Assembly (NCBI GenBank): GCA_009693865.1
Contig: SHWL01000007.1
Span: forward strand, 645 to 64,644
Length of the DNA stretch: 64,000 bases
Source: Acetobacteraceae bacterium
GTDB lineage: Bacteria > Pseudomonadota > Alphaproteobacteria > Acetobacterales > Acetobacteraceae
Direction: 5' to 3'
The position numbers were made by a program, and so were the translations under genes. The notes under the pieces are model-generated. The model ran no database searches and was not told the origin of the DNA. It worked only from the letters and a program-made list of their open reading frames with translations. Positions 20,703 to 30,191 of this stretch are shown here, piece by piece (positions within the stretch are counted from its first letter, which is position 1; each line of letters starts with the position of its first letter).

Positions 20703-21530
20703 ATGCCCCACCCCGGCGAACTGCCACAAACCGCTGACCTGAATGTCTTGAGCCGGATCATCCGGCTGGAACCCGGGATTTTTGCCCTGTCCCTGACGCC
20801 GGGTCCTTTCGATCCAACGCCAGGCCTCCCCGGCGTCCGCGTTTCCCTGCCGCCCGGCCCCCCCGGACAGCGGGAGACGGTCGCCATCAGCGCGATGCGC
20901 GGCGATGGCTGGATGACCGCCACTGACGAGCCGACCTTGCTGCGGGCCGCCGCCGGTGGCGGCCGGGTGATGGTGACCCTGTACTGGATTGCCTCCGGCG
21001 CCCCCTCGCGGCCCCCGGACCTGAAGCTGGAGCGGTTGAACCCGGAGGCGGCGATCGCGCCACGGGCTCCCGGTAACTTTCAGGCCGGGATGCCGGGTGG
21101 CCCACCCGCGCCCATCACGGCCGAGGTCGTCGCCCATGTCCAAGGGCTTGGCGACGTGGAGGCGAAATTCGGCGATTGGATCGGCCAGCGCGGCGCCGGG
21201 CGGGCGATCGAAGGTTTCAGCCTGGCGCCTCGCATGGGCATCACGCCGGACGACTTCGAATTGCGCGCGGTACTGGGCCGCGACTGGTTGTCTCCCTGGC
21301 TGCCGGGCGGACATTTCTGCGGTAGCCGCGGACTGGCGTTGCCGCTGCGAGGCTTCTGCCTGCGCCTGCGCGGCCCAGTGGCGGCACGTTACGATTTCGC
21401 GTGCTTCGCACGGTTCGTGGACGGGTCGGAGACCGGACCGGTTGGGTCCGGCCAGATTTGCGCCGCCCCGTCCTTGGCGCCGCTGGAGGCGTTTCAGATC
21501 GCGCTGCGTCCCAGGGCCTTCTCACCGTGA
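20703..21530 (+). CDS. Conserved hypothetical protein with ChW (clostridial hydrophobic W)-like C-terminal motifs
   Basis: AHVQGLGD...DWIGQRGAGRAIEGF and W..GG.FCGSRG..LPLRGF motifs. Confidence 0.6.
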   Translation: MPHPGELPQTADLNVLSRIIRLEPGIFALSLTPGPFDPTPGLPGVRVSLPPGPPGQRETVAISAMRGDGWMTATDEPTLLRAAAGGGRVMVTLYWIASGAPSRPPDLKLERLNPEAAIAPRAPGNFQAGMPGGPPAPITAEVVAHVQGLGDVEAKFGDWIGQRGAGRAIEGFSLAPRMGITPDDFELRAVLGRDWLSPWLPGGHFCGSRGLALPLRGFCLRLRGPVAARYDFACFARFVDGSETGPVGSGQICAAPSLAPLEAFQIALRPRAFSP

Positions 21531-21991
21531 CGGAACAATCCGATCCATCGATCCGCCCGGGGGAGACCGCGGTTCCCTTGCCGGACCGCACCGATGCGGG
21601 GGTTTACTTCATCGGCCGTATTCGCACGCCCTGGCCGACCCGGGGCGAGTGCCCTCGCCGTGGCGACACAGCAAATGGTCCGATTTGCACCATCGAGGTG
21701 GACGAACGCTGGCTGGACGCGCTGACCGGGATCGAAACCCATCCACGGCTTCAGGTGCTGTACTGGATGCATGAGGCCCGTCGCGATCTGGTGCGGCAAA
21801 CACCTCGGGGTTCCGAGCCTATTGGAACGTTTGCGTTACGCTCGCCGGTGCGGCCCAATCCGATCGCGTCGTCTGTCGTGGTGCTGGTGGAACGATCCGG
21901 CGTGATCCTGCGAGTTCGAGGACTGGATTGCCTGGACGGCACCCCGCTGATCGACCTGAAGCCGGATCGGGGCGGCACGGCGGCGGCGTGA
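21527..21991 (+). CDS. tsaA: tRNA m6t6A37 methyltransferase TrmO/TsaA family
   Basis: IGRIRTPW, VLYWMH, GTFALRSPVRPNPI, GLDCLDGTPLIDLKP; GTG overlaps upstream stop. Confidence 0.88.
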   Translation: MTEQSDPSIRPGETAVPLPDRTDAGVYFIGRIRTPWPTRGECPRRGDTANGPICTIEVDERWLDALTGIETHPRLQVLYWMHEARRDLVRQTPRGSEPIGTFALRSPVRPNPIASSVVVLVERSGVILRVRGLDCLDGTPLIDLKPDRGGTAAA

Positions 21992-22035
21992 TACCACCGC
22001 GCTTGTCTTAAAGATTGACGCGCTGTCCTCTCTCC

Positions 22036-22114
22036 CGCCATGGCACGGCTTGTCCGGGCTACCGGTCGCGGCACTGTGCCCGAACGGGTGGCCCGGACAA
22101 GCCGTGCCATGGCG
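22036..22114. repeat. REPIN-like doublet (two inverted REP hairpins)
   Basis: CGCCATGGCACGGCTTGTCCGGGCTACC ... GGTGGCCCGGACAAGCCGTGCCATGGCG with GCGGCACTGTGC spacer. Confidence 0.85.
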
Positions 22115-22162
22115 ATGGTGGACGGGCCGAGAGCCAGAGTTTAAACGCGCGGCCCCGACATG

Positions 22163-22195
22163 AAAAATCCCGTTCACCCCTGGGGTGAACGGGAT
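22163..22195 (-). terminator. Rho-independent terminator of the TPP-enzyme operon
   Basis: 13-bp stem ATCCCGTTCACCC/GGGTGAACGGGAT followed by a T-run on the minus strand. Confidence 0.8.
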
Positions 22196-22218
22196 CCCTC
22201 AACTTCAAGCCCCCAAAC

Positions 22219-23871
22219 TCAGGTCGAATAATCGGAGAACGATGCCCCCGCGTACCGCGCGCGATAATCCGTGCGCACGTTCACCAGCGCGACCCGGCCC
22301 TTGTCCACCTCCGCCTGCGCGCGAACCAGCGACGGCGTGATGTCCTCAGGCTTCGTGACATACTGGCCATGCCCGCCCAAAGCCTCGCACATCAGGTCGT
22401 ACCGCATGTAACCAAGATCGCGTCCCGGTTTTTCGCGGTTCGGATCGCCGGTCCAGCCGCCATTCAAACTGATCACGATCAGCAACGGAATTTTGTGCCG
22501 GATCGCGGTGTCCATCTCCATCGCGTTCATGCCCATCGATCCGTCGCCATGCACCACGATCACCTGCTTATCCGGGCAGGCCACCTTGGCGCCAACCCCG
22601 AACGGCAATCCAACGCCCATCGTGCCGAACGGCCCCGAGTTCAACCGATGCCCCGGTGAGAAACAAGGCATTGTCTGACGGCCGAAGTTCAGCGTCTCCT
22701 GCCCGTCCACGCACAGGATCGCATCGCGCCTGGCGAAATCGCGAACCGCTTCCAGCATGCGAACCGGATGAATGTCGCCATCGTCAGCGGGCCGGTTGGC
22801 CCCGGCGGCGACTCGCTTCTGCTGCTCACCCGTTTGCAGCTTCTCACGCCACGCCGAGAACCTGCCCGGCGCGACCTTGCCTTTGATCCCCTCCAGCAAC
22901 TGACCCAGCACCGCCTTGCAATCGCCAACGATCGGGATATCGACATAACGAGCCGCCATAGCGATTTCCGCCGAATCAATATCGATCCGCGCAATCGTCG
23001 CGTTCGGCCCAAACCTGGGCGGCGAGGCATGACCGATGATATAATTCATCCGCGTGCCCAACACGACGATCAAATCCGCGTCGCGGAACGCCGAGGACCG
23101 CATCGCCAGATAGGAATACTCATGATCGTCCGGCACCACGCCCCGGCCCTGCGGCGTGGTGTAAAACGGCACGCCCGCAGCCTCGACGAACTGTTGCATT
23201 TCGCTCCACGCCCGCGACCAGATCACGCCCGATCCCGAAACGATCACCGGCCGTTCCGCCGTCTGCAACGCCGCGACCAAAGCGGCGATCTGCTTCGGAT
23301 CGCCCATCGGCCGGGAGTCAACCAGAGGCCGTCCGGCATAGCTCCAATCGACGAGGTTCTCGTCGATCTTTTGATAAAGCATGTCCCCGGGGCAATCGAT
23401 ATAAACAGGCCCAGGTTTGCCGGTCATCGCCTTTTGCAGCGCGAAATTGATCTGCTGCGGAATGCGCTTCAGGTTGATCAGACGATCGACATATTTGCAG
23501 ACACCACGCATCAGCTCGACCTGATCGATCTCCTGGAACACCTGGCGGCCGAACTGGCTCAACGGGCTCGACCCGCCGAACGCCACCACCGGGCAGCAAT
23601 CGACCAGCGCGTTCGCCATGCCGGTGACGAGGTTGGTCACGCCGGGGCCCGACGCCGCCATGCAAACGCTGGGGGTTTGTTTCAGCCGGCTATAGGCCTG
23701 ACACGCGAACGCCGCCGCCTGCTCATGGCGGACGTCGATCATGCGAATGCCTTCCTTAATGCAGGTGGCCTCCGCCAGCAGCATCGGCCCACCCATGATG
23801 TAGAAGAGATCGGCGACCCCCTCTTTCGCCAGACATTTGGCGATGATCTCAGAACCCGTAAGTTCCGCCAT
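22219..23871 (-). CDS. Thiamine-PP-dependent enzyme, 2-hydroxyacyl-CoA lyase/oxalyl-CoA decarboxylase-like
   Basis: VRHEQAA, SGPGVTN, FQEIDQ, GPFGTMGVG, GDGSMGMNAME...NGGW; AAGGAG RBS. Confidence 0.85.
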   Translation of the reverse strand: MAELTGSEIIAKCLAKEGVADLFYIMGGPMLLAEATCIKEGIRMIDVRHEQAAAFACQAYSRLKQTPSVCMAASGPGVTNLVTGMANALVDCCPVVAFGGSSPLSQFGRQVFQEIDQVELMRGVCKYVDRLINLKRIPQQINFALQKAMTGKPGPVYIDCPGDMLYQKIDENLVDWSYAGRPLVDSRPMGDPKQIAALVAALQTAERPVIVSGSGVIWSRAWSEMQQFVEAAGVPFYTTPQGRGVVPDDHEYSYLAMRSSAFRDADLIVVLGTRMNYIIGHASPPRFGPNATIARIDIDSAEIAMAARYVDIPIVGDCKAVLGQLLEGIKGKVAPGRFSAWREKLQTGEQQKRVAAGANRPADDGDIHPVRMLEAVRDFARRDAILCVDGQETLNFGRQTMPCFSPGHRLNSGPFGTMGVGLPFGVGAKVACPDKQVIVVHGDGSMGMNAMEMDTAIRHKIPLLIVISLNGGWTGDPNREKPGRDLGYMRYDLMCEALGGHGQYVTKPEDITPSLVRAQAEVDKGRVALVNVRTDYRARYAGASFSDYST

Positions 23872-23904
23872 TTTCACAGTCTCCTTAATTAAACGTGAAG
23901 AGGT

Positions 23905-25149
23905 TCAGCCGATCGTGCCGCCGGCCTTGAGCTTGCCGACATCGCCGGCGCCAAGACCCAGCCAGCTTGTCAGCACATCCTCATTGTTCGCGCCAAGCAA
24001 CGGCGCGGGCTTCACGGGAGGCGGCGAGCCACCGAAACGCACCGGCCACGCAACCATCTTGAACTTGCCTTTCACCGGATGATCGATCACCGGCATGATG
24101 CCGCGCTGCTCGAACGTCGGGTCTTCGCTCAGTTCCATCGTGTCGAGCACCGCGCCCGCCGGAATGCCGGCCGCGCCGATGATTTCCATCGCCTCGTGCT
24201 TGGTGTGCTGGCGGGTCCAGGCCGAGATCATGCCGTTGACGTCGTCCGGCCGCTCCGCCCGCGCGGCAGGTGTCTCGTACCGTTCGTCGCCAATCAGTTC
24301 GGCGCGCCCGATCACTCTCAGCAGGCGGCGCCAATGGTCGGGGTTCGCCCGGCTGGTAAAAACGTACACGTAATCGTTCAATCCCCCACCCTTGCACGGG
24401 AATGTGCCCATTGGCGGGATCGTTGCTGAAACCGAGCTATCGCCCGCCCGGCCCGCCGCCTTCCCGGTGCGGTACTGCGCCGCGAAGGCGATGCGGATGT
24501 AATGCAGCATCGCGTCCTGCATCGCGACCTGGAGGTGATCGCCCTGGCCGGTTTCCTTACGCCGGTACAAAGCACCCAGAATGGAGATCGCCAGCAACAT
24601 GCCGGTGCCGGTATCGCCAAGCGACGGGCCCGGCTTCAACGGGCGGCCATCTTTCTCGCCGGTGATGCTCATCGTGCCGCCGCAAGCCTGCGCTATCATG
24701 TCGAACGCGAGGTTTTTCTCATACGGGCTGCCTTCGCCGAAACCCTTCACCTGGCAAAAGATGATCGACGGATTGACCTCCTTGATCACGTCGTAACCCA
24801 GACCCAGGCGTTCGATCGCGCCGGGCGCGAAATTTTCCACCATCACGTCGGCCTGCTTCGCGAGGTCCTTGACCAGTTGCAGACCCTTGGGATCTTTTAA
24901 ATTGACCGTCACCGATTTTTTGTTGGCATTGAACAACAGAAAATACGGATCGTCGACTCCGCCCGCGCCGCCAAGCGCGCGGCCGGGATCGCCGCCACCG
25001 GGATTTTCCACCTTGACCACCTCAGCGCCAAGCCAGGCCAAAGCCTCGGTACAGGACGGCCCCGCCTCGAACTGAGTCAGGTCCAGAATGCGAACGCCGT
25101 TCAGGCAGTTTTGGCCGCCCATACGGGCTTCACCAGTGGTGGCATCCAT
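23905..25149 (-). CDS. Class III CoA-transferase, formyl-CoA transferase (Frc)-like
   Basis: LDLTQFEAGPSCT, NANKKS, ENFAPG, QACGGTMSITG, LGDTGTG; GGAGG RBS. Confidence 0.9.
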   Translation of the reverse strand: MDATTGEARMGGQNCLNGVRILDLTQFEAGPSCTEALAWLGAEVVKVENPGGGDPGRALGGAGGVDDPYFLLFNANKKSVTVNLKDPKGLQLVKDLAKQADVMVENFAPGAIERLGLGYDVIKEVNPSIIFCQVKGFGEGSPYEKNLAFDMIAQACGGTMSITGEKDGRPLKPGPSLGDTGTGMLLAISILGALYRRKETGQGDHLQVAMQDAMLHYIRIAFAAQYRTGKAAGRAGDSSVSATIPPMGTFPCKGGGLNDYVYVFTSRANPDHWRRLLRVIGRAELIGDERYETPAARAERPDDVNGMISAWTRQHTKHEAMEIIGAAGIPAGAVLDTMELSEDPTFEQRGIMPVIDHPVKGKFKMVAWPVRFGGSPPPVKPAPLLGANNEDVLTSWLGLGAGDVGKLKAGGTIG

Positions 25150-25371
25150 GCGTGTTTCCTCCGTTCCAGGTCCGCCGTCAAAGGCGGGTCTCGTTGGCCG
25201 ATGTAAGAAACTAGCGTGGAAGCTGTCCCGGTGTAAGCCCCGGACCGGAACCCGCGTGCCCGATCGTTCCGCGAGTCTATCTAACCCTTTCCGTGCCACA
25301 TGGCTGGCCTGACAAAAATCAAGACCTGTCAAAGAGCCGCTCGCATCGTGCCTTCAACCAGATACCGGCGT

Positions 25372-26490
25372 ATGATTCGCCGGTCACGCGGAGTCCCCTC
25401 GCCTTTGGCTGCACGCTATCACAGTCGAATCCTGAGAATTGCGCTCGCGATCGCGATGGCTCTGCTTTGCCTCGCCGTCGCCGAGATCGCGATGCGCTAC
25501 CGGGACCGGCCGGCGACCGTCGTGAGCGGCTGGCGCGCCACGGTACCCGACGGCCCATTCAATCAACTCGGGTATCGAGGCCGGCCCTGGCCACCGCGCC
25601 GCCCGCTCGACTTCGTGGTGGTGCTGACCGGCGCGGAGTCCGTCGAATGCGGCCACTGCCCATCGGATGAAACGCTCGACCTGATCCTGGAGCGGGCCTT
25701 GCGGCCCTACAATCCGAACGTCCGGGTCATCGCTCTGGGCGCCCGGGGTTATGGCCAGGACCAGGGATCTCTTGCCTTGCAGGAATATCTTGCCGGCGGA
25801 CGGGCCGATCTGGTCATCTCCTGGATATCCCCCGCCGAGGATGTCCCCCGCAACACGTTCCGCTCCGGGCAGCCTTTGCCTGGCCTGACCCGGTTCAAAC
25901 CGACCTTCACCTTGCACGGCGCGGAGTTGCGCGGCCCGACCGAGGGACTTGGGCAATCCGTCTACCACTCGAAGCTTTCCACCTGGTTCATGCCGCGCAT
26001 CTTCGATGCCGGGCGGCGGTGGAATTGGTTGCTGCCCGCGGCCGATCCCGGCGCCACCGCCGCCCCAGGCGGAATTCCAGCACAATCGCACATCGACGAT
26101 GTCCTGGAAGAGCAGCGTTCGCCTTGGTCGATCTGGATGCGCCCCCGTCCCGCGCGAGTCCAATACGGCATAGATCTGACTCGCGCGCTGCTGCGGCGCA
26201 TGCGGGAACTCGCGACGTTGCGTGGCGGCCGGTTCACGGTGCTGATGAACCAGCCGGCGGCCGGGGACACTCCCATCGGGCTTGAACACGCCGGACATTG
26301 GTTCCTCGCCGATCCGGCGGCGCGCGACGCCTCCATCGCCGAGGTGACCGAGGGCTTCGATCAGATCGTCATCGCCCCGGAATTAAATCCGTCGGTGGAC
26401 GCGGAACGGCAACGCATGGCGTGGCTCGCCGAGACGTTGAATCAACGTAACCTGTTGAACAACGCCGGCCCGGCGCGCGCGCGTCACTGA
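25372..26490 (+). CDS. Membrane-anchored SGNH/GDSL-hydrolase-like protein (start uncertain)
   Basis: TM helix, NQLGYRG, VVLTGAES (GDS equivalent), LGARGYGQDQ, ADLVI. Confidence 0.55.
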   Translation: MIRRSRGVPSPLAARYHSRILRIALAIAMALLCLAVAEIAMRYRDRPATVVSGWRATVPDGPFNQLGYRGRPWPPRRPLDFVVVLTGAESVECGHCPSDETLDLILERALRPYNPNVRVIALGARGYGQDQGSLALQEYLAGGRADLVISWISPAEDVPRNTFRSGQPLPGLTRFKPTFTLHGAELRGPTEGLGQSVYHSKLSTWFMPRIFDAGRRWNWLLPAADPGATAAPGGIPAQSHIDDVLEEQRSPWSIWMRPRPARVQYGIDLTRALLRRMRELATLRGGRFTVLMNQPAAGDTPIGLEHAGHWFLADPAARDASIAEVTEGFDQIVIAPELNPSVDAERQRMAWLAETLNQRNLLNNAGPARARH

Positions 26491-28835
26491 GCCGAAACCG
26501 GGATCGTGGGCGGCGGCGATGGCACCCCATCCGGAACTGGCAGCAACCTCAGGGCAGACCACGGCGTGGCGACCCCGATCATCTGGAATCGCAGCTTCAA
26601 ACGGCGATTGAACTCGCGGCTCACCGGCCAGCGGCCGAACGGCGTGCACATGATCCGGCATTTAATCAGCAACGCGGAGTCGGTGAATTTGTCGAGGCCC
26701 CAGACCTCCAGATCGTCCAGGATAATCGCGCTCCAGGCATCTTCCGCGCGCATTTCGCGCACGATCTCGCGCATCGTATCGACGACGCGGTCGACATCCT
26801 CGCTGGCCGAAACGTTCAGGGAGATGACGGCGCGGCTGAAATCGCGGGTCATGTTGATGACGGTGGTGACGGCACTGAACGGAATGACAACGACCGATCC
26901 ATCTTCGGTGCGCAAGCGGATCGTTCGCACCGACAGGCTTTCCACCAGCCCGGACTGATCGCCCACCTTCACGACGTCCCCCACCTGCATGGTATTTTCC
27001 AGCAGCAGGAACACGCCCGTAATGACGTCCTGAACCAATTTCTGCGACCCGAAACCGATCGCCACGCCAACGATTCCCGCACCCGCCAGCAAGGGCGCGA
27101 TATTCACACCGATCTCGCTCAACACCATCAGGCCCGCGACGATGGCGATGGTGATCGACAACGTGGTCCGGACCAAAGGCAGCAGCGTCCGCAGCCGCGC
27201 CAGGCGCGCCGCCTGCGCATCCCGCCGCAGCGTCTCCAGATGCCGCTGGATCGCGATGTTGACGCCTTCCCAGACGGCGAAGGCGGCGCCGATCGTCACC
27301 GCCAGCGTGCCAAGCCCCGAGGCGACACGATGCCCGACGTCGCTGGTCAGCAGCCAGGTCAGGCCGCCCAGACCGTAAAGTTGTAGCAAAGCCAATATTG
27401 CCAGCAGGTTGATCAGCAGGCGGGTCAGTTGCCGGAACGCCGGATGATAGGCGCCCAGGCGCACCCGCACAGAATGATCCGGACCCTCCCGCAGTCCGTT
27501 CTCCAGCCGCCCGAGCCAGGATGTGACCGCCACCCTGGCGATCGCGGCGGCGGCGGCCACCGCGGCGGTAACCGCGAAATACCAAAGGCCGCGGGCGATC
27601 GCATCCGGCGCGCGCAGGGTCCAACTGAGCCAACTCGCCCCGAGGAAGAACAGGGCGGCCCAATACCAATGCCGCGCCAGGCGGTTACGCAGCCGTGCCA
27701 GCCCGCCCTCCGCGTCGGGCGAAGCGCTCAGCCAGGCCCGCACCCGCTGCCGCCGCTGCACGGTCATGATGGCCAGGCACACCAGCAGCACCAGCCCCAC
27801 GGCCTTCCGCAACGCGACATGCGATGGCTTGGACATGCCCAGAAGCAATCCGACCTCGCCGATCGTATAACCGGGCACGCCGATCAGGATCAGCCGCCGC
27901 CCCCATTGCATCAGGTACATCCCCATCGCGGGGGAAACATCGGCCAACCTCAGACCGGGCGGCTCGGCCATGAAGAGCCACGTCTGCAGCGCCAGCAGGG
28001 TCTGGCTGACCGCGACCGCGCTGGTTACCGCGAGGATGATCAAACGGCTGTCGGAATTTCCGCCCAGAGCCGACGCGGCCACCATGTGGCCCGCGATCAG
28101 CAAGCCGAGCACCGGCACGATTTCCAACGCAAAGCGGGCAAGGCCGAGCCGAAGCCGCCGGGGAAAATTGTCCTCGCCGATGGGGCGCGCAGGAGGTTCG
28201 ACGTCGCCTTGCTCCGCCCGCTCCGTCGGGTCCGCGTCCGCGGGCGATGGATCGCGGTGGCCCATCGACAACACATGGGCCATCGGGCGGCGCATCAGGA
28301 CGCGCAACGCCAGTTCGACGCCGACCGCCAGGATCATCGCGACCGCCAGCCGCCAGGCCGCGTCCCACAGCAGACGCTGCCCGATCGGATTGGTCAGCAT
28401 GACAACGCCCCAGGCCCACAGCAACGGAATGCTCTGGACCGTGTTCAGGGCCGCCATCGAGTCATCCGCGAGATCGTTCAGAAGCGACGATGCGGCCAGC
28501 AACACCTGGGCGCCGAGACTGTCGGGAGCGAGCTGGATCGTGCCGGACTCGGCGGGCGGCTTCGCGTCTTTTCCCGGCACTGGTTCCGGCGGCGGTGGCA
28601 GCGGCGTGGGCAGTTCCGGCTGACCCTTGACGAGCGCATCCAGCGTCGCGGCGAACGCGGCGCGCTTCTTCGGATCGTTGAGCGTGTCCAGGACCGCGCG
28701 GGCCTGCTCGGGCGAGATCGAGACGGGCGGCGCCGCGGCCGGCGCGGGTTTCGGCTGCGCGCGCGCCGGTCCCTGGGCCAGCACGAGCGCGGCGAGCGGG
28801 AGGAGGACGAACAGCCAAAATCGATGACGGATCAT
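26484..28835 (-). CDS. MscS-family mechanosensitive channel (YbiO-like, large N-terminal membrane region)
   Basis: NIAPLLAGAGIVGVAIGFGSQKLVQDVITG, GDVV, RTIRLR, IPFS, NMTRD. Confidence 0.92.
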   Translation of the reverse strand: MIRHRFWLFVLLPLAALVLAQGPARAQPKPAPAAAPPVSISPEQARAVLDTLNDPKKRAAFAATLDALVKGQPELPTPLPPPPEPVPGKDAKPPAESGTIQLAPDSLGAQVLLAASSLLNDLADDSMAALNTVQSIPLLWAWGVVMLTNPIGQRLLWDAAWRLAVAMILAVGVELALRVLMRRPMAHVLSMGHRDPSPADADPTERAEQGDVEPPARPIGEDNFPRRLRLGLARFALEIVPVLGLLIAGHMVAASALGGNSDSRLIILAVTSAVAVSQTLLALQTWLFMAEPPGLRLADVSPAMGMYLMQWGRRLILIGVPGYTIGEVGLLLGMSKPSHVALRKAVGLVLLVCLAIMTVQRRQRVRAWLSASPDAEGGLARLRNRLARHWYWAALFFLGASWLSWTLRAPDAIARGLWYFAVTAAVAAAAAIARVAVTSWLGRLENGLREGPDHSVRVRLGAYHPAFRQLTRLLINLLAILALLQLYGLGGLTWLLTSDVGHRVASGLGTLAVTIGAAFAVWEGVNIAIQRHLETLRRDAQAARLARLRTLLPLVRTTLSITIAIVAGLMVLSEIGVNIAPLLAGAGIVGVAIGFGSQKLVQDVITGVFLLLENTMQVGDVVKVGDQSGLVESLSVRTIRLRTEDGSVVVIPFSAVTTVINMTRDFSRAVISLNVSASEDVDRVVDTMREIVREMRAEDAWSAIILDDLEVWGLDKFTDSALLIKCRIMCTPFGRWPVSREFNRRLKLRFQMIGVATPWSALRLLPVPDGVPSPPPTIPVSAQ

Positions 28836-29014
28836 GGGTGCAAGAGCGACCACGAACCGCCCCTGCCGGTCAATTGGAATAAGCAGCCTGGTCGCATCTC
28901 GGCATGCGGCGATTCCGCGGTGGCGAGGGCGTCGTGACGAACAAAAGATTGACGCGATTTTGCCGTTCGAGGAAACAGAAAGGGAATTACCGCCCAGAAC
29001 AAGGACTGGTTCCT

Positions 29015-29632
29015 ATGACCATCGCACCCAACTCCGAAGCCGAAGACCTGCTGCTCCTCCTGACCGGGGGCGTCATCAAGGCCATCTCCGATCGGCCCAA
29101 CGAGTCACTCGCCGAGCGCCAGAGCCGTGCCCGGATCGCATTGCGGCAGATCGAGGAATATGAGCCCGGGGACGGCGTGGAGATCATGCTCGCCGGCCAG
29201 GTGGTGCTGTTTCAGAATCTCGCGCTGGACGCGGTCCACGACGCGCAAAACGCCACCATGCCGGACGACGCCTCCAAGCTCCGGCAGCAGGCGATGGCGT
29301 TGGGCCGGGTCCAGATGGGCTTTCTGGCGCAACTCACGCGGCGCCAGGCGCGCCGTGCCAAGCTGGCAGCGGAAGAAAAGCCTACCAAGATCGCGCCGCC
29401 GCTGAAAGTGGAGGCCGACGTCCCTGTCGCACCCGCCCGGGTGGAGCCCGAACCGCGCGCCCAACCTTCGTCCCCAATCCCGCCCGGGCCACCGGTTGGG
29501 GCGATCCAAACGCCCGAGACGCGGCCGTTTTCGTTGGCGGCGATGAAGTTGGCTATACAATCCGCGCCAACCCGGCAGCCGCCGCAAACGCCACCTCATA
29601 CCGGGGCCGCGGCGATAGCGGCCGGGACGTAA
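29015..29632 (+). CDS. Hypothetical protein (helical N-terminus, Pro-rich tail)
   Basis: AAGGA RBS; YEPGDGVEIMLAGQVV helical segment. Confidence 0.6.
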   Translation: MTIAPNSEAEDLLLLLTGGVIKAISDRPNESLAERQSRARIALRQIEEYEPGDGVEIMLAGQVVLFQNLALDAVHDAQNATMPDDASKLRQQAMALGRVQMGFLAQLTRRQARRAKLAAEEKPTKIAPPLKVEADVPVAPARVEPEPRAQPSSPIPPGPPVGAIQTPETRPFSLAAMKLAIQSAPTRQPPQTPPHTGAAAIAAGT

Positions 29633-29720
29633 CGCGGATCAATGCGACGCGGGTCCGCGCGTAGGGCCCCAATCCCACGGCAATTTTCGATCTTTTTGCA
29701 TCGGAACAACCTCCTTCCGT

Positions 29721-29940
29721 CGTCATGGCACCGCTTGTTCGCATAAGCATCAGGATAAAGCCCAAGGGGTGGGAGGTATTCTCCCAAAATCGTCGTGGCC
29801 GGCTCGTCCGCATGTGCATCAGGATACGGCCGAAGGGCGGGAAGGTTTCTCCCAAACACGTCATGGCCCGGCTCGTCCGGGCCACCCGTCGCGGCACCGT
29901 GCTGACCCGGTGGCCCAAATAACAAGCCTGAGCATGACGA
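29721..29940. mobile_element. Nested REP/MITE family B array (two MITE-B ends, each inserted into a REP)
   Basis: CATnnGCATCAGGATA units at 29742 and 29811 match the reverse complement of the 52199-52248 end; each follows a REP ending CT(T/C)GT(T/C)CG. Confidence 0.75.
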
Positions 29941-29999
29941 TTGAGCTGCCTGCTAAACTGAACCTTAACTATCGAGGCCGGATCGGCTAAGCTTCGCCG

Positions 30000-30191
30000 A
30001 TGCACACCTTCGCCTCCATCGTCGTCGGCCTGCTGATGCTTGGCACCCTGGGCATGCTGTTCGCGGGTTTGATCGGCATGGCGAGAGGGGCCAGCGGCGC
30101 CACCTCGAACCGGTTCATGCGCTATCGCGTGCTGCTGCAAGGCGCGGCGCTTTTGCTGCTGGTGATCTTCATGAGTGTACTGAAGGGCTGA
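30000..30191 (+). CDS. HIG1-domain twin-transmembrane small protein
   Basis: Two TM helices flanking SNRFMRYRVLLQG. Confidence 0.85.
   Translation: MHTFASIVVGLLMLGTLGMLFAGLIGMARGASGATSNRFMRYRVLLQGAALLLLVIFMSVLKG

Noticed and set aside
19965-21530. Single 521-aa CDS
   Set aside because: The N-terminal third is off-frame sequence over a frameshifted GT remnant; the coherent protein starts at 20703
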